A stretch of 64,000 nucleotides of DNA, from NCBI GenBank assembly GCA_963712115.1, contig CAVQGX010000032.1, positions 107,761 to 171,760 of the forward strand, in the 5' to 3' direction. The notes beneath the pieces are model-generated. The model was not told the DNA's origin, ran no database searches, and saw only the letters and a program-made list of their open reading frames with translations. The DNA is from an uncultured delta proteobacterium (lineage in GTDB: Bacteria; Desulfobacterota; Syntrophobacteria; BM002). The position numbers and the translations under genes were made by a program. Position 1 is the first letter of the stretch; the number at the start of each line of letters is the position of its first letter. Shown piece after piece: positions 38,869-47,947 of this stretch.

Positions 38869-39534
38869 ATGCGTTTTGCCCTATGCGCTCTTGTCGCCCT
38901 TTTCGCCTTTCTCGCCTTTACAGCTCACTCTGCTGGACCCTCCTCCGAGCTCATTGCAAAAATTCAGAAAGAATACGACCAGACCCACTCTTTAAGGGCC
39001 GACTTTCTTCAGAAAACTCGTTCACGGGCTGCAAGCATGGGTACATCAGCCAGCGGCAGACTTTTTTTTCTCAAGCCTCGTGCCATACGCTGGGACTATG
39101 AGCAGCCCAGGCAGCAATTTGTCATAAATGAAGATAAGGCCTGGTTATATGTCCCGGAAGAAAAGACAATATACCTCTACGATGCTGATCAGATCATCAA
39201 TTCCCCTGTAGTACTAAGTTTTTTCTCTGGCTTGGGACAGTTGGGAGAGATGTTCAGCATCACCCAGCTCCCCACTGAATCTGGGCCACCCCCACGTCAC
39301 AGGTTGCTACTATTGCCTCGGGAAGCTGAATCGCCGGTTTCCCAGATTACCCTCTGGGTAGATCCCCACTCCTACCAGGTGGTCGGTATCCAAACCGAAG
39401 ACCCTTTGGGCAACATCAATGAGATAACCTTCACCAATATCCAGATGAACCCGCCGTTGGAAACCTCTTGGTTTGCTCTGGAAGTGCCCGAGGGAGTCAG
39501 GCTGGAGCGCCAGGAAGGTCTGCCTACAGAGTAA
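38869..39534 (+). CDS. lolA: Outer-membrane lipoprotein carrier LolA
   Basis: Signal peptide, LRADF.Q, G..FFLKP..IRWDY..P; downstream of ftsK. Confidence 0.85.
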   Translation: MRFALCALVALFAFLAFTAHSAGPSSELIAKIQKEYDQTHSLRADFLQKTRSRAASMGTSASGRLFFLKPRAIRWDYEQPRQQFVINEDKAWLYVPEEKTIYLYDADQIINSPVVLSFFSGLGQLGEMFSITQLPTESGPPPRHRLLLLPREAESPVSQITLWVDPHSYQVVGIQTEDPLGNINEITFTNIQMNPPLETSWFALEVPEGVRLERQEGLPTE

Positions 39535-39649
39535 AACGCTTCGTCTGGAAGCCCTTCCACAAGACCTGCCAGCGAGGAGTTCATCGGAGACTGAGTCAAC
39601 CTTAGTTCATCGACAGGTCTTGTCGAAGGGCAGCCTGCTGCCCGCTGCC

Positions 39650-39678
39650 TTGACACCCTAAACACTTACCCCTAGAAT
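39650..39678 (+). promoter_or_regulatory. Sigma-70 promoter for the 142-aa ORF
   Basis: TTGACA-N17-TAGAAT. Confidence 0.65.
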
Positions 39679-39800
39679 GTTACTCGAATTGCATTGACTG
39701 AGCTAAAAATAGGTTCCCGGTTTTCAAAAAGATTATAAGTATTACAAACAATTGCCCTTGCCACCGCAGTTGATTTGGTGGCTGGGGCGGGAAGCTTGTC

Positions 39801-40229
39801 ATGGACACCGATAAAATCTTAGAAAAACTAATGAGGTGGCTCGCCGATCCCAAGGGAAGGGAAATGTTCAAGACTATTGTCTACCTGATCATCCCACTGT
39901 TTCTCCTCATAGGACTCCGCAATATTGCACGCCGCCGACCGGTTGAGAAAACTTCTACTACCATAGATCCCAGAATTCGCCCTTCCTCCTATGAAGGTTT
40001 GAGAGGGACCGAGAGCCTTGGGGAGACCCAGGCCAAAGAGCAGAAAAAGATTGATCAAGAGCTGCAACAAGTATTTGGTCGCAAGGACACTGTTATGGCA
40101 AGAGCCAGAAAAGAGTTCAGCAAATCCACTGCAGAAAAGCCAGCGGCTCCTTCTGAATCTCTCCCGTCTGATGAAAAAAACATCCTCCAAGAAGAGCTGC
40201 TCAAACTGTTTATGCGCCGGCAAAAGTAA
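39801..40229 (+). CDS. Hypothetical single-TM protein
   Basis: One hydrophobic segment (IVYLIIPLFLLIGL), charged tail, upstream promoter. Confidence 0.65.
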   Translation: MDTDKILEKLMRWLADPKGREMFKTIVYLIIPLFLLIGLRNIARRRPVEKTSTTIDPRIRPSSYEGLRGTESLGETQAKEQKKIDQELQQVFGRKDTVMARARKEFSKSTAEKPAAPSESLPSDEKNILQEELLKLFMRRQK

Positions 40230-40497
40230 AGAATCCAGGCCCAATGGTATTTAAGATTTAAGATTGCAGAATGAAGACTTCGGAATCTCATGACTACTGC
40301 AATTCACCATGGGTAAATCTAAAATCTACAATCTAAAATCTGCAATCTAAAATCTGCAATCTTTTGAGCTCTGACCTGGCTCAGAGTACCAAGCTTTCTA
40401 AGATTGAATAAACCCTGCCAGATTATATTTGGTTAACAGCCCGGCACTTCTTGACAACACCGTCCTCGAAACAGGAAGGTAAGCTTTCAAAAAGTCC

Positions 40498-40828
40498 CTA
40501 GCCCGGATGTTTCATGAATTGGTGTCACGAGACCACGAAGATGGGCGTGCCACCGGGTAGACGATTGCGGATTGCGGAATGCGGATTGAAAATTTGCTGA
40601 AAAGCTCGTGAGAACCAGAGAAAAAACGGCGAAATCTGAACTGCTAAGTTCGATATCATCTAATCAAAAATCCGAGATCCGAAATCCAAAATCGAAGTCG
40701 AGGCTTACCTGAATGGTACCTCGCAGGGTGAACTTGTCCTGAGCGTAGCCGAAGGAACGCCCGAGGACGCACGGAAGGACGGCCATATCCGTGGTCGTAG
40801 TAAGCGATTCATGAAACATCCGGGCTAG
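40498..40828. mobile_element. MITE family A, copy 3 (carries a heptamer-array cassette and a CCTGAGCGTAGCCGAAGG insert)
   Basis: Perfect TIR CTAGCCCGGATGTTTCATGAAT...ATTCATGAAACATCCGGGCTAG. Confidence 0.88.
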
Positions 40829-40830
40829 TA

Positions 40831-40846
40831 TGGAACACGATTTGCA
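40831..40846 (+). promoter_or_regulatory. Candidate sigma-54 promoter upstream of the MBL-fold gene
   Basis: TGGAACACGATTTGCA (GG-N10-GC). Confidence 0.55.
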
Positions 40847-40983
40847 TGTTCTGTCCCTGCGTGGCTGAGCAGAACCGGCCGTTTTTTGAATTGATTAGGC
40901 AAAAATTTTTATGATAAACTACGGCAAGTTAAGGGCCGGAGGGTAAAAGATAAGTAGAATTAAATGGTTATAATGGGGTTCCT

Positions 40984-41934
40984 ATGAAGGTTAAATTTTG
41001 GGGTGTGCGAGGATCTCTGCCAGCACCCATCGCTCCGACAGAGATTGAAAACAAGATAGTACTGGCTCTGCGCGGTGCTAGGGGCTTAGACCTGGATGAT
41101 ACCCGATCGGTAAAGAATTACGTCAAATCCCTCCCCTATCATCAACGAACTACCACCGGTGGCAACACTTCTTGCGTGGAAGTGCAGGGCGAGAATACTG
41201 AGATTATTCTTGACGCCGGCTCCGGCATTCGTCAGCTTGGTATCGACCTCATGCAGGGTCCTTGTGGGCAGGGACAGGGCATAATTCACCTGTTGATCAG
41301 CCACACTCACTGGGACCACATTATGGGTTTTCCTTTTTTTACCCCTGCCTACGCCCCTGGCAACCAGATCATTATTTACAGCCGCCACCCGCGGATCAAG
41401 GAACGTTTTCAGGACCAGCATCATCCGGACCATTTTCCGGTGAGTCTGGAAACAATGTCAGCCGATCTTCAATTTGTCCAACTTGGAGAAGGAGCCAAGG
41501 TAAACATTGGAGAATTCACGGTTAGCAGTATCCCCCTGCGACATCCGGGCGGCTCCTACTCTTACAAGATCGAGCAAAACGGGCGAGCTTTTGTTTATGC
41601 CACTGATGCTGAATACAAAGGCCTTCGTCCGAAGGCGTTGGAGCAATATATTGATTTTTACACTGACAGTGAGGCGCTAGTCTTCGACGCCCAGTTCACT
41701 CTCGAGGACGCCATGGAAAAGGAGGGCTGGGGCCACAGTTCCTCCATGGTGGGCGTTGACATCGCCTTGAAAGCGAAAATAAGACGATTAATTCTCTTCC
41801 ACCACGAACCCTCCTACAGTGATGAGAAACTTGAGGAGATTTTCGACAAAACCATCCGTTACTATGAGACGATAAAGGGCAACCTCAACCTAGAAATCAT
41901 CCTCGCCCGGGAGGGTTTGGAAATGGAAATTTAG
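40984..41934 (+). CDS. MBL-fold metallo-hydrolase
   Basis: FWGVRGS.P, GGNTSC, DAGSGI, SHTHWDHIMGFPFF, GWGHSS, FHHEP. Confidence 0.92.
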   Translation: MKVKFWGVRGSLPAPIAPTEIENKIVLALRGARGLDLDDTRSVKNYVKSLPYHQRTTTGGNTSCVEVQGENTEIILDAGSGIRQLGIDLMQGPCGQGQGIIHLLISHTHWDHIMGFPFFTPAYAPGNQIIIYSRHPRIKERFQDQHHPDHFPVSLETMSADLQFVQLGEGAKVNIGEFTVSSIPLRHPGGSYSYKIEQNGRAFVYATDAEYKGLRPKALEQYIDFYTDSEALVFDAQFTLEDAMEKEGWGHSSSMVGVDIALKAKIRRLILFHHEPSYSDEKLEEIFDKTIRYYETIKGNLNLEIILAREGLEMEI

Positions 41935-41938
41935 CTAC

Positions 41939-42757
41939 ATGGTCGAATCAGGCAACAAGGTACTTCCCGTCTCAGAAACCCTACAGCCCTTTGCAGAAAA
42001 CTCCATCCCCTTTTATAGATTTCATCTTCTCAGCCGATTTGCGGAATTAGAACACATCGTTTTCACTCGACTGGGGGGGGCCAGCCTGCCACCTTTCGCC
42101 AGTCTCAATGTGAGTTATGATACCGGGGACGAGGCCCGGAGGGTCAGAGAAAATCTAAACCGGATACGGAATGCCACTGATTGTTCTTCCTTTATCTATG
42201 CCAGACAAAGCCACAGCAGCAATCTTGTGGTACTGCGCCAGTATCCTCACTTTGACCCGCAAGTGGATTACCCCCTCCACGGTAAGGATGGCTTTTTTAC
42301 CCAGTTGACAGGCCTGCTCATGATGATCAAGGTAGCAGACTGTCAGGCAATCCTACTTTACGATCCAGCAAGGAAGGTGGCAGGTATAATCCATGCGGGG
42401 TGGCGTGGGAGCGTCAAAAATATTCCAGGTAAAGCTATTCAACTTATGGTGGCACAGTACAACTGCAACCCCCCTGATATAATTGCCGGGGTTGGGCCTT
42501 CCCTTGGCCCATGCTGTTCTGAGTTTCGTAACTGGCAAAATGAACTCCCGCCTAACTTCTCTCGATTTCAAGTGAGTGCGAATCACTTCGACTTCTGGGC
42601 AATCACCCAGCTCCAACTTATAGAATCTGGGGTGCTGAGAGAAAACATTGAGATCGCTGGGCTTTGCACCAAGTGTCACCCTGAGGTCTTTTACTCTTAC
42701 CGGGGTGAGGGCAAGACAGGCCGTTTCGCTGTGGCCGTGGGCATCAAGGATATTTAG
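41939..42757 (+). CDS. pgeF: YfiH/PgeF family (peptidoglycan editing factor / purine nucleoside phosphorylase)
   Basis: FTR.GG.S, SLN, Q.H, ADCQ.ILL.D, HAGWRG, GPSLGPCC, CT.C, FYSYR. Confidence 0.9.
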   Translation: MVESGNKVLPVSETLQPFAENSIPFYRFHLLSRFAELEHIVFTRLGGASLPPFASLNVSYDTGDEARRVRENLNRIRNATDCSSFIYARQSHSSNLVVLRQYPHFDPQVDYPLHGKDGFFTQLTGLLMMIKVADCQAILLYDPARKVAGIIHAGWRGSVKNIPGKAIQLMVAQYNCNPPDIIAGVGPSLGPCCSEFRNWQNELPPNFSRFQVSANHFDFWAITQLQLIESGVLRENIEIAGLCTKCHPEVFYSYRGEGKTGRFAVAVGIKDI

Positions 42758-42991
42758 CAATCAAAGGTTAAAAGCACCACAAAGCTCACATGGGATATGC
42801 CTCGAAGCGCATATGGAGCCAAGCACAGAGCGTTAGAGTTAGGGAGCCAGGAGCCAGGAGTCAGAATTCAGGAGAAAAGCAATCAAGATTGTGACCTCTC
42901 AACTACTTGCTAATGGCTACTTGCTACTGGCTACTCGCTACTGTATTCTTTGATTGCGGATTTGGGATTTCAAAAGGCGAAATCCACGACT

Positions 42992-43034
42992 GAAACCGGG
43001 AACCCGCCCGAAGGGGTGGGAGTCCGAAGGACAA
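42992..43034 (-). repeat. Short dispersed REP-like element, copy 2
   Basis: Reverse complement of 2155-2196, again embedded in TTCGCAA/TTCGAAA heptamers. Confidence 0.85.
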
Positions 43035-43216
43035 ATTCGCATTAGCATTTCGCAATTCGAAATTCGCAATTCGAAATCTTGACACCATGCCTTTCAATTG
43101 ACGCCCTTTGGGTCAATCGTGTTATTTGTGGTAATTGCTAGAATCTTTCTGTGGGCTTTGCCCTTAAACGTGTTAATCTATTGTCTTAATTTCGTGACTT
43201 TTTACTGAATTATTCT

Positions 43217-44029
43217 ATGTTTTTACGTAATGCTCAAATACTTTTCAACAAGCCCGTGAGTGCCGAGCTCTACCACGTGGGATTACTGTGCCCTGACATT
43301 GCGGCCAGCATCCAGCCAGGGCAGTTCCTTATGGTCAGGATCCAAGACAGCTTCGACCCCTTACTTCGACGTCCTTTTGCCGTACATCGATTATATCCAA
43401 ATGATCCTCCTGGCTCTTTTGAGATGCTCTACAAAGTAGTTGGTAGGGGCACTCGACTTCTCACCAAAATGCACCCCGGTGAGTCCTTGAATCTCCTCGG
43501 CCCCCTCGGTCGAGGTTTCCGCCTTCCCGACGACAAGGGATTTGTCTTAATGGTTGCTGGAGGTATAGGCATTGCCCCCCTACCCTATCTGGCAGAAACC
43601 CTTGCCGCATCTGGTCACAAGGGTCCGTTCGTCCTATGGTTTGGGGGCAAAACCTCTGCCGATTTAGTCTGTATCCAACATTTCAAGGATCTGGGTTTTG
43701 TGGTGCAATTGGTCACCGAAGACGGCAGCAAAGGAGGAAAAGGGTTGGTCACTGACCACCTTGAACAGTGGTTGAGCCAGCAGGATGAATTACCCAAAGT
43801 TATTTATTCCTGCGGTCCTTACCCTATGCAACGTTTAGTGGCAGAGATGGCTGCACGGTTGGGGATTTCTTCTCAGCTCTCCATGGAGGCCTTAATGGGC
43901 TGTGGTGTTGGGGCTTGCTTGAGCTGTTCCCTCAGGTGCCGTCCGCCGCAGGGTGCTCAAGGTCCTCACTATGCAAATGTGTGCCAGGATGGACCGGTAT
44001 TTGACGGAAAGGAGATAGTCTGGGATTGA
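43217..44029 (+). CDS. pyrK: Dihydroorotate dehydrogenase B electron transfer subunit
   Basis: PGQF.M, LRRPF, GPLG.GF, AGGIG.AP, CGP.PM, MGCGVGAC..C, C..GPVF. Confidence 0.95.
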   Translation: MFLRNAQILFNKPVSAELYHVGLLCPDIAASIQPGQFLMVRIQDSFDPLLRRPFAVHRLYPNDPPGSFEMLYKVVGRGTRLLTKMHPGESLNLLGPLGRGFRLPDDKGFVLMVAGGIGIAPLPYLAETLAASGHKGPFVLWFGGKTSADLVCIQHFKDLGFVVQLVTEDGSKGGKGLVTDHLEQWLSQQDELPKVIYSCGPYPMQRLVAEMAARLGISSQLSMEALMGCGVGACLSCSLRCRPPQGAQGPHYANVCQDGPVFDGKEIVWD

Positions 44030-44269
44030 CCCCGTCTAAAGACAGCTGCAGATTCCAACTCGCAGCTATTTAAGCTGATCACTGTGAAATATGTACCTTT
44101 GACACAAAAGACTTTAAACACTATAAAAGCTACAAAAGCTATAAAGACTAGAAAAGTGAGAAGCGGAACCATAACTGCAAAAACCCTTGTATTCCGGCAC
44201 TTTCTGGCCTTTCACTCCTTTCTCGCTTATACTAGGAGCTCATGATTTGCGCAGTGTGGGTTTGATCTA

Positions 44270-45199
44270 ATGGCCAATGATAGCCCAATTAGCTTAGCAG
44301 TCGAGCTCGGGCCGCTGAGGTTAAAAAATCCAGTAATGGTAGCCTCGGGTACCTTTGGCTACGGGCAGGAATACGGTGCCCTGGTGCCACCCGAAAAGTT
44401 AGGTGGGGTGGTGGTAAAGGGAATCTCACTGGAACCCCGGTCCGGCAATCCGCCTCCTCGTATATGGGAGACTTGCGGGGGCATGCTTAACTCAATCGGT
44501 TTGCAAAATGTCGGTCTTCGAGCTTTTCTGGAAGAGAAACTTCCCTGGCTCAGACCGTTGCAAGTACCTGTGATAGTCAATCTATTCGGCAATACCGTAG
44601 AAGAGTATGGGGAGTTGGCAGCAGGACTGGACGGCCATGAGGGTATCGACGCACTGGAGATCAACATATCCTGTCCAAATGTCAAGGCGGGGGGGATGGC
44701 ATTTGGCTCGAACCCTGAAATGGTATTCCAGGTGGTATCCGCAGTTAGATCTAGAACTAACCTACCAGTGATTACCAAGCTTACCCCAAACGTCACTGAC
44801 ATAACCGTTCCTGCCAAGGCAGCCGAGGATGCCGGCACCGATATTCTCTCACTGATCAATACAGTTGCCGGCATGGCGGTTGATGCTCAAAAACGGAGGC
44901 CTCGACTGGCCAATGTGGTTGGGGGACTTTCTGGGCCAGCCATCAAACCCATCGCCCTAAGAATGGTTTGGCAAGTAATACAGGCAAGCAATGTGCCGGT
45001 TATCGGGCTGGGAGGAATAGTCTCTGTGGAAGACGCCCTTGAATTCTTGATCGTCGGGGCCAAAGCTATTCAGGTTGGCACTGCCAATTTCGTCAATCCA
45101 CAGGTTACTCTGGAAATTATCTCCGGTTTGGAAGATTATCTCCGCAAGCAGGGACTCAGAGACATCAATGAGATAATCGGCACCCTTGAGATCACCTAG
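44270..45199 (+). CDS. pyrD: Dihydroorotate dehydrogenase (class 1B) catalytic subunit
   Basis: [45 protein letters not shown]. Confidence 0.97.
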   Translation: MANDSPISLAVELGPLRLKNPVMVASGTFGYGQEYGALVPPEKLGGVVVKGISLEPRSGNPPPRIWETCGGMLNSIGLQNVGLRAFLEEKLPWLRPLQVPVIVNLFGNTVEEYGELAAGLDGHEGIDALEINISCPNVKAGGMAFGSNPEMVFQVVSAVRSRTNLPVITKLTPNVTDITVPAKAAEDAGTDILSLINTVAGMAVDAQKRRPRLANVVGGLSGPAIKPIALRMVWQVIQASNVPVIGLGGIVSVEDALEFLIVGAKAIQVGTANFVNPQVTLEIISGLEDYLRKQGLRDINEIIGTLEIT

Positions 45200-45283
45200 A
45201 ATTAGCACTACTCAAGAAGATTAGTCCGAGGTTCATCGTCTAGGTCCAAGTGCCAAGTTCCTAGTTCCCTAAAAAGCAGCCCG

Positions 45284-47209
45284 CTAAGCGGGCTGCTTTT
45301 TCTGCCTCAAACGGCGGACATCTCCAACCCTTATGGTAAATCGAGTAGCATCCAAAAACTCCAGAAGTGGAATAGTGTATTTGCGACTGGTTTGCGTCAG
45401 CTCTTTGAACTGTGGAGTCGTTATTTCTTCCTGTTCCTCAAATAAATCCAGCAGCTGTTGCTTGAGCTCATCCAGGGCTCCGTAGTGGAAATACATATCC
45501 TCTTTAACTTTGATCAGTAACCCCTGCTCCAACATCCAAGAGAGTATTTGTCGGGCTTCGCTATCTGGGACTCCAAGGGAGTGGGCTACCTCGCGGAAGA
45601 ATGGCGGTTGCAGGCTTGCCTCTCGATAGATTGATTCTATCTTCTCTCGCACCTCATCTTGCTTTCCCGCAAGTGCTATCTGATGAGAGGAGAGTCGCAC
45701 CAGATCTTTTTCTTGAATGATCTCACCTTGGCGGGCCAACCGCTGAATTAGTTCATTGCAAAGCTTGCCATCAGCTCCTCGGGGCAAGCGTCCGAACAAT
45801 TCTTCTTTGTTAATCCCTGCCCGTAAAGGCTCTTTGCGGTGGAAATCATCCAGGTGGCCCAGCAGTAGTTGCCTGAGCTTCTCAAAAGCTTCCTGGTGCA
45901 CGAATCTGGGATTTTCCCGATCAAATTGGATCACCTTGCCTCGGCTCATCATGTCCTGAAGCAAACCACGGAGCTCCTTCTGGGTGATATTGGCCAGCAT
46001 GCTCAAAGCCCTCTCGCCAATCCCCCCAGGTCCCGCTTCTTTAAGGTAGAGGTCTACCATCTTGTCGGGCTCTCCTCTCTCCAGCACCGCTAGAGCCTCT
46101 AGGGTCTCGCCGACCATCCTTCTGCGCTTCTTCGGGATGGGATGCAATATCTGACCACCGCCAATGGTATGCATAGGTGAATAGCTTCGCAGAACAAAAC
46201 GATCCCCATTGCGGACAACCACCTGCTTATCTAATCTCACCTGGGCATAACCTCTGCTACCGGGCCTCAGCTCATTGGCGTCCAGAAGTATCAGGGTGCC
46301 GATTATCTCACTGGTTCCGGTGTGGAAGCGAACCTTAGCCCTGTTTTTCAATACCCGAGGAGCGTTCTCTAGGTGCTGCAACCGCACGTCAACCATATAC
46401 GAGGAAACCAGGCTTTCTGGAGTTGCCAAAACATTGCCTCGCTCAAGAGCTGCCTTTTCTAAGCCTTGCAGATTAATCGCTGTGCGCTGGCCACTGACGG
46501 CTTCCTTTACCTCCCGATTGTGCACCTGAATTCCACGCACCTTGGTCTTGAGCATCTGAGGATAGACTAGGAGGGTGTCCCCAGTCTCAGTTTTACCTGA
46601 GATGGCTGTACCTGTTACTACTGTGCCAAATCCCTTCATGGTGAAAACTCGGTCTACTGCTAGGCGGAAGTCCCCGCTACTCGGGCGGGCCTCCACTGAT
46701 TCACTCAGTATCTGCAACCTTTCTAACAACTGCTCAAGACCTTCGCCGGTTGCAGCCGAAACCGGAATTATCGGCGCGGAAGAGAGAAAAGTTCCCTGCA
46801 GGAAATCACGGATATCTTCCTGTACCAGATCCAACCAATCGGGATCCTCTACAAGATCAGTCTTGGTTAGGACCACCAGTCCCTGCTTTACTTTGAGAAG
46901 TTCGCATATCTCGAGGTGTTCTCGAGTCTGGGGCATAACCCCCTCGTCAGCCGCTACAACTAGAGCTACTATATCTATCCCTGTCGCCCCTGCCACCATG
47001 TGTCGTACGAATTTCTCATGACCAGGCACATCAACAATACCAAGCTCCTGACCGTTGGGAAGTGTGAGATGGGCAAAGCCTAACTCAATGGTTATACCCC
47101 TCTCCTTTTCTTCTTTAAGGCGATCGGTGTCGATCCCAGAGAGGGCCTTGATCAAAGTAGTTTTCCCGTGGTCAATGTGTCCAGCCGTACCCAGGATAAT
47201 TTGTTTCAT
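45284..47209 (-). CDS. selB: Selenocysteine-specific elongation factor
   Basis: [38 protein letters not shown]; C-terminal winged helices SRKY.IP.LE.LD. Confidence 0.97.
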   Translation of the reverse strand: MKQIILGTAGHIDHGKTTLIKALSGIDTDRLKEEKERGITIELGFAHLTLPNGQELGIVDVPGHEKFVRHMVAGATGIDIVALVVAADEGVMPQTREHLEICELLKVKQGLVVLTKTDLVEDPDWLDLVQEDIRDFLQGTFLSSAPIIPVSAATGEGLEQLLERLQILSESVEARPSSGDFRLAVDRVFTMKGFGTVVTGTAISGKTETGDTLLVYPQMLKTKVRGIQVHNREVKEAVSGQRTAINLQGLEKAALERGNVLATPESLVSSYMVDVRLQHLENAPRVLKNRAKVRFHTGTSEIIGTLILLDANELRPGSRGYAQVRLDKQVVVRNGDRFVLRSYSPMHTIGGGQILHPIPKKRRRMVGETLEALAVLERGEPDKMVDLYLKEAGPGGIGERALSMLANITQKELRGLLQDMMSRGKVIQFDRENPRFVHQEAFEKLRQLLLGHLDDFHRKEPLRAGINKEELFGRLPRGADGKLCNELIQRLARQGEIIQEKDLVRLSSHQIALAGKQDEVREKIESIYREASLQPPFFREVAHSLGVPDSEARQILSWMLEQGLLIKVKEDMYFHYGALDELKQQLLDLFEEQEEITTPQFKELTQTSRKYTIPLLEFLDATRFTIRVGDVRRLRQKKQPA

Positions 47210-47421
47210 TAACTGCTTCTCCCCTGTCGCCACTTATCAAATACATACCAATAGTAAAGGGTAACCGCTAAACCGCAAGAGCCATCCCTTTCATGCTTCT
47301 CTCTGCCAACCCTTGAAAATAGATAGAATGAATATATTAGGCAAAGATTATAGAGCGAAGGGCATAGAGTTTTAATTTCGATATTCAAAATCCGCAATCC
47401 GAAATATTTTAGCTCCATGCA

Positions 47422-47886
47422 CTATGCTTCATTCAGATGCTTGATCATGTAGGTAAAAACCCCTGTGGCCAGCAACACCCCGTCTTCTGAGGAAATCTCC
47501 ACCTGGCAGACAGCGATTTGCCGTCCACAGTGCACTACTCTGCCACGGGCTACTAGATCTCCTCCCCTGGCTGGCCTCAAAAAATTCAACTTGAACTCCA
47601 CCGTCGGAATCACCACCTTTAGAGGATCAGTCAGCACTGAGTAAAGGGAAACACCGCCTGCCACATCCGCCAGCACCCCCAAAATACCGCCCTGTAACAA
47701 CCCCATGGAGTTGCGCAATTCTTCCCGGTGCTGCAAAATGAGCGTAGCCTCGCCGCTGGTCACCTCCCTCAGTCCAATGGACATGAACTTCACTATGGGA
47801 TTGTTTGCCAACTTAGCTGCGATCCCATCTTTCTGAAGCTTGGTCAGTTCCCCCTTACCGCGGCCAGATCCCATTTTTCCATCCAT
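47422..47886 (-). CDS. PaaI-family hotdog thioesterase
   Basis: N..G.LQGG....LADVAGG, TVEFKLNFLRP, G.VVH.GRQ.AV. Confidence 0.88.
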   Translation of the reverse strand: MDGKMGSGRGKGELTKLQKDGIAAKLANNPIVKFMSIGLREVTSGEATLILQHREELRNSMGLLQGGILGVLADVAGGVSLYSVLTDPLKVVIPTVEFKLNFLRPARGGDLVARGRVVHCGRQIAVCQVEISSEDGVLLATGVFTYMIKHLNEA

Positions 47887-47947
47887 CCTATTAATTTCAC
47901 ATTTTATGACCTAATGACGGCTAAGCCGAGCGACTCTTTTCTGCTTG

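Noticed and set aside
45284-47209. Possible UGA-recoded selenoprotein genes near selB
   Set aside because: Neighbouring ORFs are complete, and I saw no convincing in-frame TGA with continued homology or a SECIS hairpin.
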